From assembly GCA_963665115.1 (NCBI GenBank), contig OY762007.1, positions 5,728,001-5,792,000 on the forward strand: DNA of 64,000 bases. The letters are read 5' to 3'. Below are positions 1 through 10,041 of the stretch, one piece after another. Within the stretch, counting starts at the first letter, position 1. Every line of letters starts with the position of its first letter. The position numbers were made by a program, and so were the translations under genes. This DNA is from an uncultured Rivularia sp. GTDB lineage: Bacteria > Cyanobacteriota > Cyanobacteriia > Cyanobacteriales > Nostocaceae. Under the pieces are notes generated by a model, which was given only the letters and a program-made list of their open reading frames with translations, did no database searches and had not been told where the DNA came from.

Positions 1-1019
1 CTACAATGGCGGCGGAAGATGCAGAAAAAGCTGATAATACGGAACAGTCGGCGACTGTATTGGTGGAAGCAGTACGATACAAACTTTTACCGCGTCAAAT
101 AATTACTCGTAAATCTATAGAAAACGCCATTTCTGTAGTTATGGCTGTTGGAGGTTCCACAAATGCAGTGCTACACTTTTTGGCGATCGCTAATGCTGCG
201 GGTGTGGGATTAACTATTGATGACTTTGAAACTATCCGCGCTCGCGTTCCCGTACTGTGCGATTTAAAACCCAGCGGTAAGTATGTTGCTATCGATTTAC
301 ACAAAGCTGGTGGCATTCCTCAAGTGATGAAAATGTTACTTGCTCACGATTTATTACACGGTGACTGTATAACTATTAGCGGTAAAACAATCGCTGAAGT
401 CTTGGCAGATATACCCGAAGAACCACGCAGCGACCAAGATGTTATTCGTCCTTGGAATAACCCCATGTATAAACAAGGGCATTTGGCAATTCTCAAAGGT
501 AACTTAGCAGCCGAGGGAGCAGTAGCGAAAATTAGCGGCGTGAAAATGCCTAAAATTACTGGCCCTGCACGGGTATTTGAATCAGAAGAAACCTGCTTGG
601 ATGCCATACTTTCCGGTAAAATTCAGGCTGGTGATGTAATTGTAGTTCGCTACGAAGGGCCAAAAGGAGGCCCCGGAATGCGGGAAATGTTAGCACCTAC
701 CGCTGCAATAATTGGAGCGCGTTTGGGAGATTCGGTAGGTTTAATTACTGATGGACGTTTTTCCGGCGGAAGTTACGGAACAGTAGTTGGACACGTAGCT
801 CCAGAAGCCGCAGTTGGTGGAACTATAGCTTTGGTAGAAGAAGGAGACATGATAACAATTGATGCCAGTGCGCGGTTGTTGCGATTAGAAGTTTCTGACG
901 AAGAAATAGCCAAACGTCGCGTAGATTGGAGAGCGCCAGCACCAAGATATACAAAAGGTGTTTTGGCGAAGTATGCCAAGTTGGTTTCTTCTAGTAGCTT
1001 GGGAGCGGTGACGGATTAA
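1..1019 (+). CDS. ilvD: Dihydroxy-acid dehydratase, C-terminal part (5' end lies outside the window)
   Basis: Motifs [41 protein letters not shown]; the frame is open to the window edge. Confidence 0.97.
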   Translation, partial: TMAAEDAEKADNTEQSATVLVEAVRYKLLPRQIITRKSIENAISVVMAVGGSTNAVLHFLAIANAAGVGLTIDDFETIRARVPVLCDLKPSGKYVAIDLHKAGGIPQVMKMLLAHDLLHGDCITISGKTIAEVLADIPEEPRSDQDVIRPWNNPMYKQGHLAILKGNLAAEGAVAKISGVKMPKITGPARVFESEETCLDAILSGKIQAGDVIVVRYEGPKGGPGMREMLAPTAAIIGARLGDSVGLITDGRFSGGSYGTVVGHVAPEAAVGGTIALVEEGDMITIDASARLLRLEVSDEEIAKRRVDWRAPAPRYTKGVLAKYAKLVSSSSLGAVTD

Positions 1020-1024
1020 AAAGA

Positions 1025-1087
1025 GTTAGTGGTTAGTGGTTAGTGGTTAGTGGTTGGTGGTTAGTGATTAGTTGTTAGGAGTTAGGA
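1025..1087. repeat. Heptamer short tandem repeats (STRR-type, TTAGTGG / TTAGGAG)
   Basis: Tandem TTAGTGG units directly after the ilvD stop. Confidence 0.9.
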
Positions 1088-1191
1088 ATTTTCTAACCAC
1101 TCTCCTTGTCTCCTTGTCCCCTTGTCCCCTTGTCTCCTTTTCCCCCCATCACAGTTAAGATTGATTTACACCAACATTCACGGGCACTTCT

Positions 1192-1755
1192 ATGAACACC
1201 GTTGTGCTAAATTTAGAGCCAATTATTCGTTTGAGCGACGAGCAGTTTTATCAACTTTGCGTGGTAAACCGAGATTTAAGTTTGGAATTGAATGCTACAG
1301 GAGGATTAATTATTGTGCCACCAGTGGGAGGGGAAAGCGGAAACCAAGAAGCGGATTTGATTACCGATTTGAATATTTGGAATCGTCAAACTGGGTTAGG
1401 AAAAGTTTTTAGTTCTTCTACTATATTTAAGTTACCAAATGGTGCAAAACGTTCTCCCGATGCAGCTTGGGTAAAGTTGGAGCGTTGGGAAGCTTTAAGT
1501 TTAGAGGAGCGTAAAAAATTTCCATCATTGGCACCTGATTTTGTAATTGAACTTCGTTCCGAAAGCGACGGTTTAAAACCTCTTCAAAATAAAATGCAGG
1601 AGTATTTAGAAAATGGTGTGCGTTTGGGTTGGTTAATTAATCCTCAAGATAAGCAAGTGGAAATTTATCGTCAAAATCAATCGGTAGAGGTAGGAATAAT
1701 TCCGATAACGCTTTCTGGGGAAGATGTTTTAGCGGGGTTTGAATTGCGATTGTAA
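1192..1755 (+). CDS. Uma2 family (DUF820) PD-(D/E)XK endonuclease-like protein
   Basis: RSPDAAWV, APDFVIELRS, LGWLINPQDKQVEIYR motifs typical of cyanobacterial Uma2. Confidence 0.93.
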   Translation: MNTVVLNLEPIIRLSDEQFYQLCVVNRDLSLELNATGGLIIVPPVGGESGNQEADLITDLNIWNRQTGLGKVFSSSTIFKLPNGAKRSPDAAWVKLERWEALSLEERKKFPSLAPDFVIELRSESDGLKPLQNKMQEYLENGVRLGWLINPQDKQVEIYRQNQSVEVGIIPITLSGEDVLAGFELRL

Positions 1756-1778
1756 ATAATTAGGGCTTGCTGAATAAT

Positions 1779-1881
1779 TAAGCTGTTGCGTATTCAATTT
1801 GTACATGAGAAGCGGGCAAGATGCCCGCACTACAATCGTTCAAATTCTTTACCTTATACAATTTAGCTACACGTCAGCTTA
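1779..1881. mobile_element. MITE-like element with terminal inverted repeats and internal REP-like palindrome
   Basis: Ends TAAGCTGTTGCG ... CGTCAGCTTA; internal GCGGGCAAGATGCCCGC hairpin. Confidence 0.6.
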
Positions 1882-1953
1882 TCAGGCATTTATAAATCAA
1901 TGCTTTAAAGACTTATTTCCAGAAAAAAGTGCAAACACATTAGTCAACTGGTG

Positions 1954-2017
1954 AGAAGTCGGGTTTTTAGCGAGATTATCTTGTGTAATCAACACTGATC
2001 TAAAAAACCCGACTTCT
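1954..2017. repeat. Inverted repeat, dispersed-repeat family; possible terminator between convergent genes
   Basis: AGAAGTCGGGTTTTTAG ... CTAAAAAACCCGACTTCT. Confidence 0.7.
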
Positions 2018-2070
2018 GGGTATTTTTAATCCTATCCCCTTGGCTCCTTGTCTCCCCATCCTCCATCTCC

Positions 2071-2367
2071 CTATCTCTTCTCAAGCACGGGAGTCAAATG
2101 TTCTGGAATTCCATCTAGTTGAATAACGTTGCAACCAAGTTTATAAGCAAATTCCACAGATTCTCCAGCGCCAACAGCATTGTAAAAGCCCGTTGCGAAT
2201 TTAATTGCGGCTTTATCACCAATCGCTTGATTCATTCCAATTACATAGGGAATATGTTTTGCGATCGCACTTGCTTGAACTTCTGAATAACAAGCGTTGA
2301 GAACAACACATTCAATTGTGGTAGAGAATAGCTCGAATAAATTAGCTATTGCTTGTGTATCTACCAC
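2071..2367 (-). pseudogene. CHAT-domain protein C-terminal fragment
   Basis: IECVVLNACYS and YVIGMNQAIGDKAAIKFATGFY match the second half of CHAT; the His-containing HFSGHG half is absent. Confidence 0.8.
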
Positions 2368-2489
2368 TGACGCAAAATAACGTCATTGCGTTGTTACGAG
2401 CGATAGTAACGTAATCCTTCAATTCCTGGGAAAGAACCCTACACGTAGGTAGCATAACTTCTGCCTCCTAAGTGTTTCCACTGCCACTA

Positions 2490-2518
2490 ATGTACACTCT
2501 GATTATGACGTATCCGGA
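2490..2518 (-). promoter_or_regulatory. Candidate DIF1-type heterocyst promoter (TCCGGA-N17-GTACAT)
   Basis: TCCGGA at 2513-2518, 17 nt spacer, GTACAT, then AGGAGG and an ATG at 2455; same geometry as the NsiR1-like promoter at 31097-31125. Confidence 0.45.
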
Positions 2519-2559
2519 GTAAAAATTATTTAAAAATTGATTGAAGAACTTTTTGAGAG

Positions 2560-2986
2560 TTACTCCTATCACGCTCCTGGCGATTACCTATCCCTCTTTC
2601 CCTTTTTGCTCTGCGCTCTCTGCGTCTTGAAGGTTTTTTAATCGGTAATCTTCTCGCGGGAAGGGGGTAATAAAAATAAATTTAAATACAAAACCTGACT
2701 TTGGATACGGAATACACACAACTCGTTAAAACCCTTATTCCACCTGGGATTCAAATCCCAGGCTCATAGCCCAAGTCTACTTAAGTAGACTGAAATTCCT
2801 AACCAGTCGTCTTAAGACGACTTTTGCTATTAGACAGGGGTTTGCAACCCCTGGCGGTGTTGGGAATGGTGCAAGATATGAATCTTAATTGGCTGAATCT
2901 CTAAAATTGCCTATATTTACCTATATCTTTTGTCTGCGCTCTAGAAGGGTTTTTTTATCAGTAATCTTCTATCGGGATAGGAGTAA
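2560..2986. mobile_element. Composite MITE-like region with nested palindromic repeat
   Basis: Terminal IR TTACTCCTATC (2560-2570) / GATAGGAGTAA (2976-2986); a second right-end-like copy near 2640-2670; internal hairpins CCTGGGATTCAAATCCCAGG, AGTCTACTTAAGTAGACT, CAGGGGTTTGCAACCCCTG. Confidence 0.6.
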
Positions 2987-3126
2987 TATTAATTCTCTTT
3001 GCAAAATCAGACTATACCAACAACTTTAATGCTAAGAGCTTTCTATAGGTAATTATATTTAACAGCTAACTCATCGAATTTCACCCAACCCAATCATCCG
3101 CTGAAAATCCCAGCACCGAGGGGAAT

Positions 3127-5698
3127 ATGAATACGAACGAAAAACTAATTTGGCTACAAGAGCGCACGGCTTTGGGAATGCTCGAAACCGCACCCTTAGA
3201 AACGATCGCTCAAATCATTGAAGAAAAAGTTATTCCAGAAAACGAATGCTTATTTGAAGAAGAAACAACACCCGAAGCGCTTTACATTCTTCTATCAGGC
3301 AAACTCGAAAGCAGTAGTAAAGATAAAAATAATCCTACTCTCAATTGTGGTTTACTTCCTGGTAGTGCAATCAATCTGCAAGAGTTAACTTTGGATGAGT
3401 TAACAAAATGTTCTATTACTACTTTGAGTGAATGTCGTTTTTGGATAGTTCCTGCGGCTAAATTCAAAGAGTTAGTTGCACAATATCCGCAAATTCAAAC
3501 GGCAATTTCTCGTGAATTAGCTCAAGAAGTTGCACAGCTAACATCTGCACTCAATAACGAACAAGAACGAACTATCGCTTTACGCCCTTATTTAGTTACT
3601 AAAGCACAGCGGGGAGTTGTGGGGACAAGTCGTTATGCTGTCAAGTTGCGAGAACAAATTCGCGAAGCTGCCGATACTCGCGAATCTATATTGATATTTG
3701 GCGAACCTGGTTTAGAAAAAGATAATATCGCTGCTTTAATTCATTTTGGTTCTGATTTTCGCCGACAGCCGATTATTAAGGTAGATTGTGGAATTTTACA
3801 GACTAGCGGTGCGGATTTATTTGGGACGTGTGGGTGGTAAAGCGGGGTTAATCGCATGGTTGGGGGAAGGTACTTTAATTCTTAATAATATCCAGGAAAC
3901 ACCTGCGGAATTATTGCCAAAGTTAGCAGAGTTTATCGAAACTGGTAGTTATAAGCCTACTACTCGCGAGGGACAACCCGAACCTGAAGCTTATAATAAT
4001 CAAGCTCGCATTTTAATTATTTCAGAACAAACTCAGCCTTTAATTCAAAAAGCTGTCGATCAAACTATTAAAGCTCCACCCGTGCGAGTGCGGAAGGGTG
4101 ATATCAAAGCTCAAGTTGAATATTATATTAGTCTTTACTGTCGTCAAGAAGGGATTCGCAAACCTAAAGTAGCGCCGGAAGCTTTACGCAGATTGCAATC
4201 TTACGATTTTCCGGGTAATTTGAAAGAGTTGAAAAGCTTGGTAGAAAGGGCTATTGTCCAAGCTGATGAAGCTAAAGAGTTAACGGAAGAAATATTTTGG
4301 TCAGCCGATACCAAGAAAAAACGGTTTCGCTTCAATTTATTAAATGGTTATCCAAGATTAAGAAAATTTCTTCGTAGTTCGTGGTATCCAGACAAGATCA
4401 ATTATGGTTTTACTTTACCAGCCTTTGCGGTTCTCATTGCTATTTTATTTCTAGGCCCGCAAACGCGAGATCAAAATTTTGGATTAAATCTATTTTGGGC
4501 TTGGTGGTGGCCATTTTTCTTACTTCTCTTCCCGTTTTTAGGTCGGATTTGGTGCGCTTTTTGTCCGTTCATGATTTACGGTGAAGTTACGCAGAAATTA
4601 TCGTTGTGGCTGTTTCCTAGAAAACTTCAAAGTTGGCCGAGACATCGAGCAGAAAAATGGGGTGGATGGTTTTTATTCGCCATGTTTGCTCTTATTTTTC
4701 TCTGGGAAGAACTCTGGGATTTAGAAAATACTGCTTATTTAAGCGCTTGTTTGCTGTTATTAATTACCGCCGGAGCTATGATTTGCTCTGCAATTTTTGA
4801 AAGACGATTTTGGTGTCGTTATTTATGTCCTATCGGCGGGATGAATGGCTTATTTGCTAAGTTGTCGATGACAGAATTAAGGGCGCAGCAAGGTATTTGT
4901 TCTGCTAGCTGCAACACCTATCAATGTTATAAAGGTGGTCCGCAAAAAGGCGAAGGAATGGAAACAAGTGGATGTCCTTTATATTCTCATCCGGCACAGT
5001 TGGAAGATAACAAAGATTGCGTACTCTGCATGACTTGTCTCAAAGCCTGTCCCCATCGCTCTGTTGAATTTAATTTACGTCCTCCCGGCATCGAATTATG
5101 GACAACTCACGTACCGCATGGTTATGAAGTTGCCTTGTTGTTTTTACTTTTAGGAGGAGTCTATCTTCATCGCTTACCTGAAATCCAACAAATTCTGAAT
5201 TTACAGTTAGATTTAAATGATTTTTGGCAGCATTCAGGATTATCTTTTGCTATTTTAATTATTCCCGTGACAATTCCTTTAGCTGCTTATGGTTTGATGC
5301 AATTTTTTTATCGCTTTAACTGTTATCTCAAAAAGACAAAATATCAAATCCAAAATTTAATTAAACCCAAGTCTTTTGTAGAACTTGCTTACGGTTATCT
5401 ACCTTTAGTTTTGGGTGGCAGTTTAGCTCATTATTTACGTTTAGGTTTGAACGAAGCAGGACGTATCTTACCTGTAACTTTTGCTACTTTTGGTTTACAT
5501 GGTGCATCCTTACCAATATTAGTAGCCCACCCTGCGGTTATCGCTTTTTTGCAAGGTACAACTTTGATTTTTTCAACTTTATTAACAGTATTATTAACGC
5601 AGAAAATTGCTCGTCAGCCCTTACGTTGTATGCTGTGGCAGCATTTAGCGTCTATCGGTTTAGCAGCAACTATGTGGGCAATAATTGTATTTCCTTAA
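3127..5698 (+). CDS. cNMP-binding + sigma54-interaction-like AAA + membrane 4Fe-4S protein; split by +1 frameshift at G run 3823-3825
   Basis: N-terminal cNMP domain, FGEPGLEKD degenerate Walker A, YDFPGNLKEL, WCRYLCPIGG, CVLCMTCLKACP; deleting one G gives continuous ADLFGRVGGKAGL. Confidence 0.88.
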
Positions 5699-6515
5699 GT
5701 TCAATTGTATTTCTGACTGATTTGGTACCACTCTTCTGGTAATATTGTCATGAGGGGTCTTACCCAGCATTAGGATCTTTTTTAGAAGGCTTTTGAGCGT
5801 TGAAGTTGAGACAGTAATGACGTTCAGCTTCACAATTCTTTGATAAAATAATATTATATCTTTAACGAAATTTAATATTAGTTACGTAAATCTTATGTGA
5901 TTCCATTTATACTAAGGAAACAAAATATCAAATTACACCTAGTAATGAGTATTCTAAGACTTATAAAAACACTAACTTTATTACTTAATCTCTAAATGTA
6001 AAGGTAGCTAATTTTTATTATTAAATCAGTTATTTATCTTATGTAGATAAAAGGGAACCATTGTTAGCAAAGCAAAGTCCTAGAAATTGTATTAAATATA
6101 TAGCTTTGATTACTTTTAAAGTGTTCTATTAAATCAAACTATTAAAATCGGCTAGTAATTGTTTAATCTGATGACTTATTTGTCATTAGATTTGTCATCG
6201 GTATTAAATTGAAAGTCATAAAAACTTCCAATTTTAGACTGCCGTTGATTTTTTGCTCTCTTATCAATTGTTTTGGAATAATTTGACGTTTTATTGTTCA
6301 GTATATTTGGCATATATATGAGCAAATTAGGTGTAATAAAAAATTTAGCTGATTAAATATTTTCTAGCCTAATTTGTCTTTAAATGCCTACTTTTTAATT
6401 GCCAATTTATGCAGATGTTCTCAAACGCGCTTATAGAAGGCTGAATCAGCTTTTATATTACTAAAAACGCAGGGAAATTCTAAATATTGGCTAATATTTA
6501 AAGGCAATAAGTAAT

Positions 6516-7727
6516 ATGAAAAAAGATTTAAGCGAACTTGCTATTTTTGGGGGTATACCTGCTTTTGAAGAAAAATTACACGTAGGTCGTCCTAACATAG
6601 GTTCCAGGCAAATTTTACTGCAACGTATCAACGATATTTTAGATCGCAAATGGCTATCGAATAATGGACGATTCGTACAAGAATTCGAGCAGCATATAGC
6701 TTCAGTAGTAGGAGTAAAACACTGCATTGCAACTTGTAATGCGACTACAGGTTTAGAAATTGCCATCAAAGCTTGCGGACTTAAAGGTGAAGTCATCATT
6801 CCTTCATTTACTTTTATTGCTACCGCTCATGCTTTGCAGTGGCAGGGAATTGAGCCGATTTTCTGCGATATCGATCGCAATACTCATAATATAGATCCGC
6901 AGAAAATAGAGTCATTAATTACCGATAAAACTACAGCAATAATGGGGGTACATTTATGGGGACGAGGATGTGATATCGAAGCACTTGAAGAAATTGCTCG
7001 TCGCCATAATTTAAAACTTTTATTCGATGCTGCTCATGCTTTCGGATGTTCTTACAAAGGGCAAGCGATAGGTAATTTTGGCGATGCCGAAGTATTTAGT
7101 TTTAGTGCAACTAAATTTTGTAATAGCTTTGAGGGAGGTGCAATTGTTACTAATAATTCGGAATTAGCTAATAAAATTCGCTTAATGAAGAACTTCGGTT
7201 TTAGCAATTACGATTGTGTTGACTTTATAGGTACTAACGGCAAAATGAGCGAAGTCTCTGCCGCTATGGGGTTGACATCACTCGAAAGTATGGAACATTT
7301 TATTAATATAAATTATGAAAATTATGAAAAATACCAACAAGAATTATCAAATATCCCTGGGATAAATTTAATCAATTATGACGAAGCCGAACGATGTAAT
7401 TATCAATACGTAATCGTAGAAATTGATGAGTCAAAAGCTGGAATTAGCCGCGATAAAATATACCAAATTTTGTGGGCGGAAAACATTCTAGCAAGGCGTT
7501 ACTTTTATCCCGGTTGTCATCAAATGGAACCCTACCGCTCTCGTATTGCTGACATGGGTTTGATGTTAACTAATACCAGACATTTAGGAGCCAGGGTACT
7601 AGCATTACCTACGGGTACGGCAATAGGAAATAGAGAAATTAGTAATATTTGTCAGATTTTAAGGCTTGCAACTTCAGGGGGAAATCTAATTAATGAAACG
7701 CTCTACCAAAACGTTCGTGCCAGTTGA
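6516..7727 (+). CDS. DegT/DnrJ/EryC1/StrS PLP aminotransferase (VioA/DesI-like NDP-4-keto-6-deoxyglucose aminotransferase)
   Basis: FDAAHAFG, FSFSATKFCNSFEGG, GTNGKMSE, ARRYFYP. Confidence 0.92.
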   Translation: MKKDLSELAIFGGIPAFEEKLHVGRPNIGSRQILLQRINDILDRKWLSNNGRFVQEFEQHIASVVGVKHCIATCNATTGLEIAIKACGLKGEVIIPSFTFIATAHALQWQGIEPIFCDIDRNTHNIDPQKIESLITDKTTAIMGVHLWGRGCDIEALEEIARRHNLKLLFDAAHAFGCSYKGQAIGNFGDAEVFSFSATKFCNSFEGGAIVTNNSELANKIRLMKNFGFSNYDCVDFIGTNGKMSEVSAAMGLTSLESMEHFININYENYEKYQQELSNIPGINLINYDEAERCNYQYVIVEIDESKAGISRDKIYQILWAENILARRYFYPGCHQMEPYRSRIADMGLMLTNTRHLGARVLALPTGTAIGNREISNICQILRLATSGGNLINETLYQNVRAS

Positions 7728-8730
7728 TTCGCAATTAACAGAAAATTATCCTAAAGTGAGCGTATCTCTTGTCACTTTTAACCATGAAAAATTTATTGCA
7801 CAAGCTATAGAAAGTATACTGTTGCAAGAAGTTGATTTTAGTTATGAAATCATCATAGGTGAAGATTTTTCTAGCGATAAAACGCGCTCTATTGTTATTG
7901 ACTATCAAAAACAGTATCCAGATAAAATTCGCTTGATATTACCGGAAGAAAACTTGGGCTGTTACGGGCAAAAGATTTTTGTACAAACACTTCAAGCTTG
8001 CAGGGGTGAGTATATTGCGATTCTAGATGGAGATGATTATTGGACTTCTCCCCACAAGCTACAGCAGCAGGTAGATTATTTAGATAACCATCCAGAATGT
8101 GCAATTTGTTTTCATGACGTTACAACAATTTTTGAGGATAAAGCTGGGCTATCTCAGAGATATAACGATTTTGAACCACAAATATTTTCTGGGCTAGAAA
8201 ATATTCTAAAAAGTAACTTTATACCTACCTGTTCAACTTTATATAGAAGAGGTTTGTTTAATGAATTTCCCGAGTGGTACTGCGACACAGTTTGTGGAGA
8301 TTGGGTACTGCACGTATTGAATGCAAGACATGGAAAAATCGGCTATATCAACAAATCTTTAGGAGTTTATCGGGTACATAGCAACGGCTTGTTTAGCAGT
8401 ATGAGAAAGATTCAGCAGTTAAAAGAAGCCATTAAGTGTTACAAGCTGCTGAATGAATACTTGAATTTTGAATACAATTCTATAATTCAATCGGAAATAA
8501 TTTACCGTTATTTAACTTGCTTTTCGATTTATCGGCAAGAAAGAAATTTAGTTAAACAGAAACAATACGCAAACAAGTTAATCCGAGCTTTAGTTAGTCA
8601 TCCTTTTATTAGCTGTACGGCAATTTTTAAGTTTATTAAGAGAAGCATCATTAATCAACTTAGCTTACACAAGTGGTGGATAAAAAAGCAGAAGCTGAAA
8701 CTGCTTACCCATGAATATTCAAGTAATTGA
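7693..8730 (+). CDS. Glycosyltransferase family 2
   Basis: KVSVSLVTFNHEKFI, EIIIGEDFSSD, YIAILDGDDYW. Confidence 0.92.
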   Translation: MKRSTKTFVPVDSQLTENYPKVSVSLVTFNHEKFIAQAIESILLQEVDFSYEIIIGEDFSSDKTRSIVIDYQKQYPDKIRLILPEENLGCYGQKIFVQTLQACRGEYIAILDGDDYWTSPHKLQQQVDYLDNHPECAICFHDVTTIFEDKAGLSQRYNDFEPQIFSGLENILKSNFIPTCSTLYRRGLFNEFPEWYCDTVCGDWVLHVLNARHGKIGYINKSLGVYRVHSNGLFSSMRKIQQLKEAIKCYKLLNEYLNFEYNSIIQSEIIYRYLTCFSIYRQERNLVKQKQYANKLIRALVSHPFISCTAIFKFIKRSIINQLSLHKWWIKKQKLKLLTHEYSSN

Positions 8731-9775
8731 TTGTCAGAACCCCTTATGGCTGCAAACACTGCATAAACTAAGGTATGATGTTTACCATTTACCAGAATAT
8801 GCACGTTTAGAAGCCAAGAGAACATCATCTGATTCGGAAGCTTTTATAGTTATAGATGGTGACAAAATATTTTTCTTACCTTTCTTAGTTCGTTCTTGCA
8901 ATGACATATTAGGTTCAAGAGCGCAAAATTATTCCGATGCAGTTTCACCTTATGGTTATCCCGGTATTTTACTAAGTAAAACTGCTGCTAATGATTCTAA
9001 TTTTACAGATTTTGCTCTCAAGGAATTAATTTATTATTTTAAAACTAAGGGTATATGTTCGGCATTTTTCCAACTGCATCCAATCTTAAGTAACAAATTC
9101 AGTCCAAACTTTTCGCAGCAGACTGTTAATAAGATTGGCGAAACAATTTCCGTTAATTTAAAACTTACAGAGTCACAAATTTGGGCAAATACCAGAAAAG
9201 GTCATCAAAGCACGATCAATAAATGCAAGCGACTGGGATTTACTGCCAGAATGGTAAATTTAGTCGAATACGCCGATAAATTTAGAGCGATTTATGAGGA
9301 AACCATGAATCGCGTTGCGGCGAAACAATCCTATTACTTCGATCGGGAGTATTTTTCTGACTTACAAAAGTTAGATGAAAATATACATTTATGCTTAGTA
9401 GAATTAGAATCAGAAATTGCTTCAGCCTGTATATTGTTTGAATGCGGCGGAATAGTTCAAGCCCATTTAGGGGGAACTAAAAACAAATTTTTACCATCAA
9501 GTCCATTCAATTACTTATTAGACTACGTTAGATATTGGGCAAAACAACGTGGTAACGAATTAATGCATATAGGAAGTGGTGTCGGCGGAACAAAAGATAG
9601 CTTATATCACTTCAAAGCAGGTTTCTCTAAACAAAGACACGATTGGTTTGCACTGCGATTAATTCCAGATCCAGAAAAATATAATTACCTAACTCATCTG
9701 CGAGCAGAATCTCTGAATACTAAAGTTGAGGATTTGTTTCAGTCGAGTTTCTTTCCCGCTTATCGTTCTAATTAA
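8711..9775 (+). CDS. GNAT-fold FemAB-like acyl/aminoacyl transferase
   Basis: DAVSPYGYPG, YEETMNRV, HIGSGVGG..DSLYHFKAGFS. Confidence 0.8.
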   Translation: MNIQVIDCQNPLWLQTLHKLRYDVYHLPEYARLEAKRTSSDSEAFIVIDGDKIFFLPFLVRSCNDILGSRAQNYSDAVSPYGYPGILLSKTAANDSNFTDFALKELIYYFKTKGICSAFFQLHPILSNKFSPNFSQQTVNKIGETISVNLKLTESQIWANTRKGHQSTINKCKRLGFTARMVNLVEYADKFRAIYEETMNRVAAKQSYYFDREYFSDLQKLDENIHLCLVELESEIASACILFECGGIVQAHLGGTKNKFLPSSPFNYLLDYVRYWAKQRGNELMHIGSGVGGTKDSLYHFKAGFSKQRHDWFALRLIPDPEKYNYLTHLRAESLNTKVEDLFQSSFFPAYRSN

Positions 9776-9776
9776 A

Positions 9777-9852
9777 TAATAGGTAATAGGTAATGGGTAA
9801 TGGGTAATTGGGGATTGGGGATTGGGCATGGGTAATTGGGTAATTGGTAATA
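9777..9852. repeat. STRR heptamer array (GGTAATG / GGGATTG / GGTAATT)
   Basis: Tandem heptamers visible. Confidence 0.9.
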
Positions 9853-10041
9853 GCTAAAATTCATCAGGTTTGTACAATCTCTACTAAGTTCTAACCTTTA
9901 ACCTTTGACCTTTGACCTTTAACCTCTTGCCTTTTTTTAATATCGTTCGTTCGGCTACAGTTCTTATGGGTGTGGATGAGCAAGAATGTGGGTAAACGCT
10001 TTGAATTTTGCAGCTTTTCGTATCAATCTTGCTGCTTTTAT

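Noticed and set aside
95..979. Antisense ORFs inside ilvD (likewise within devB, the symporter, ftsY, hpsJ)
   Set aside because: Shadow frames of well-supported genes, with no motifs
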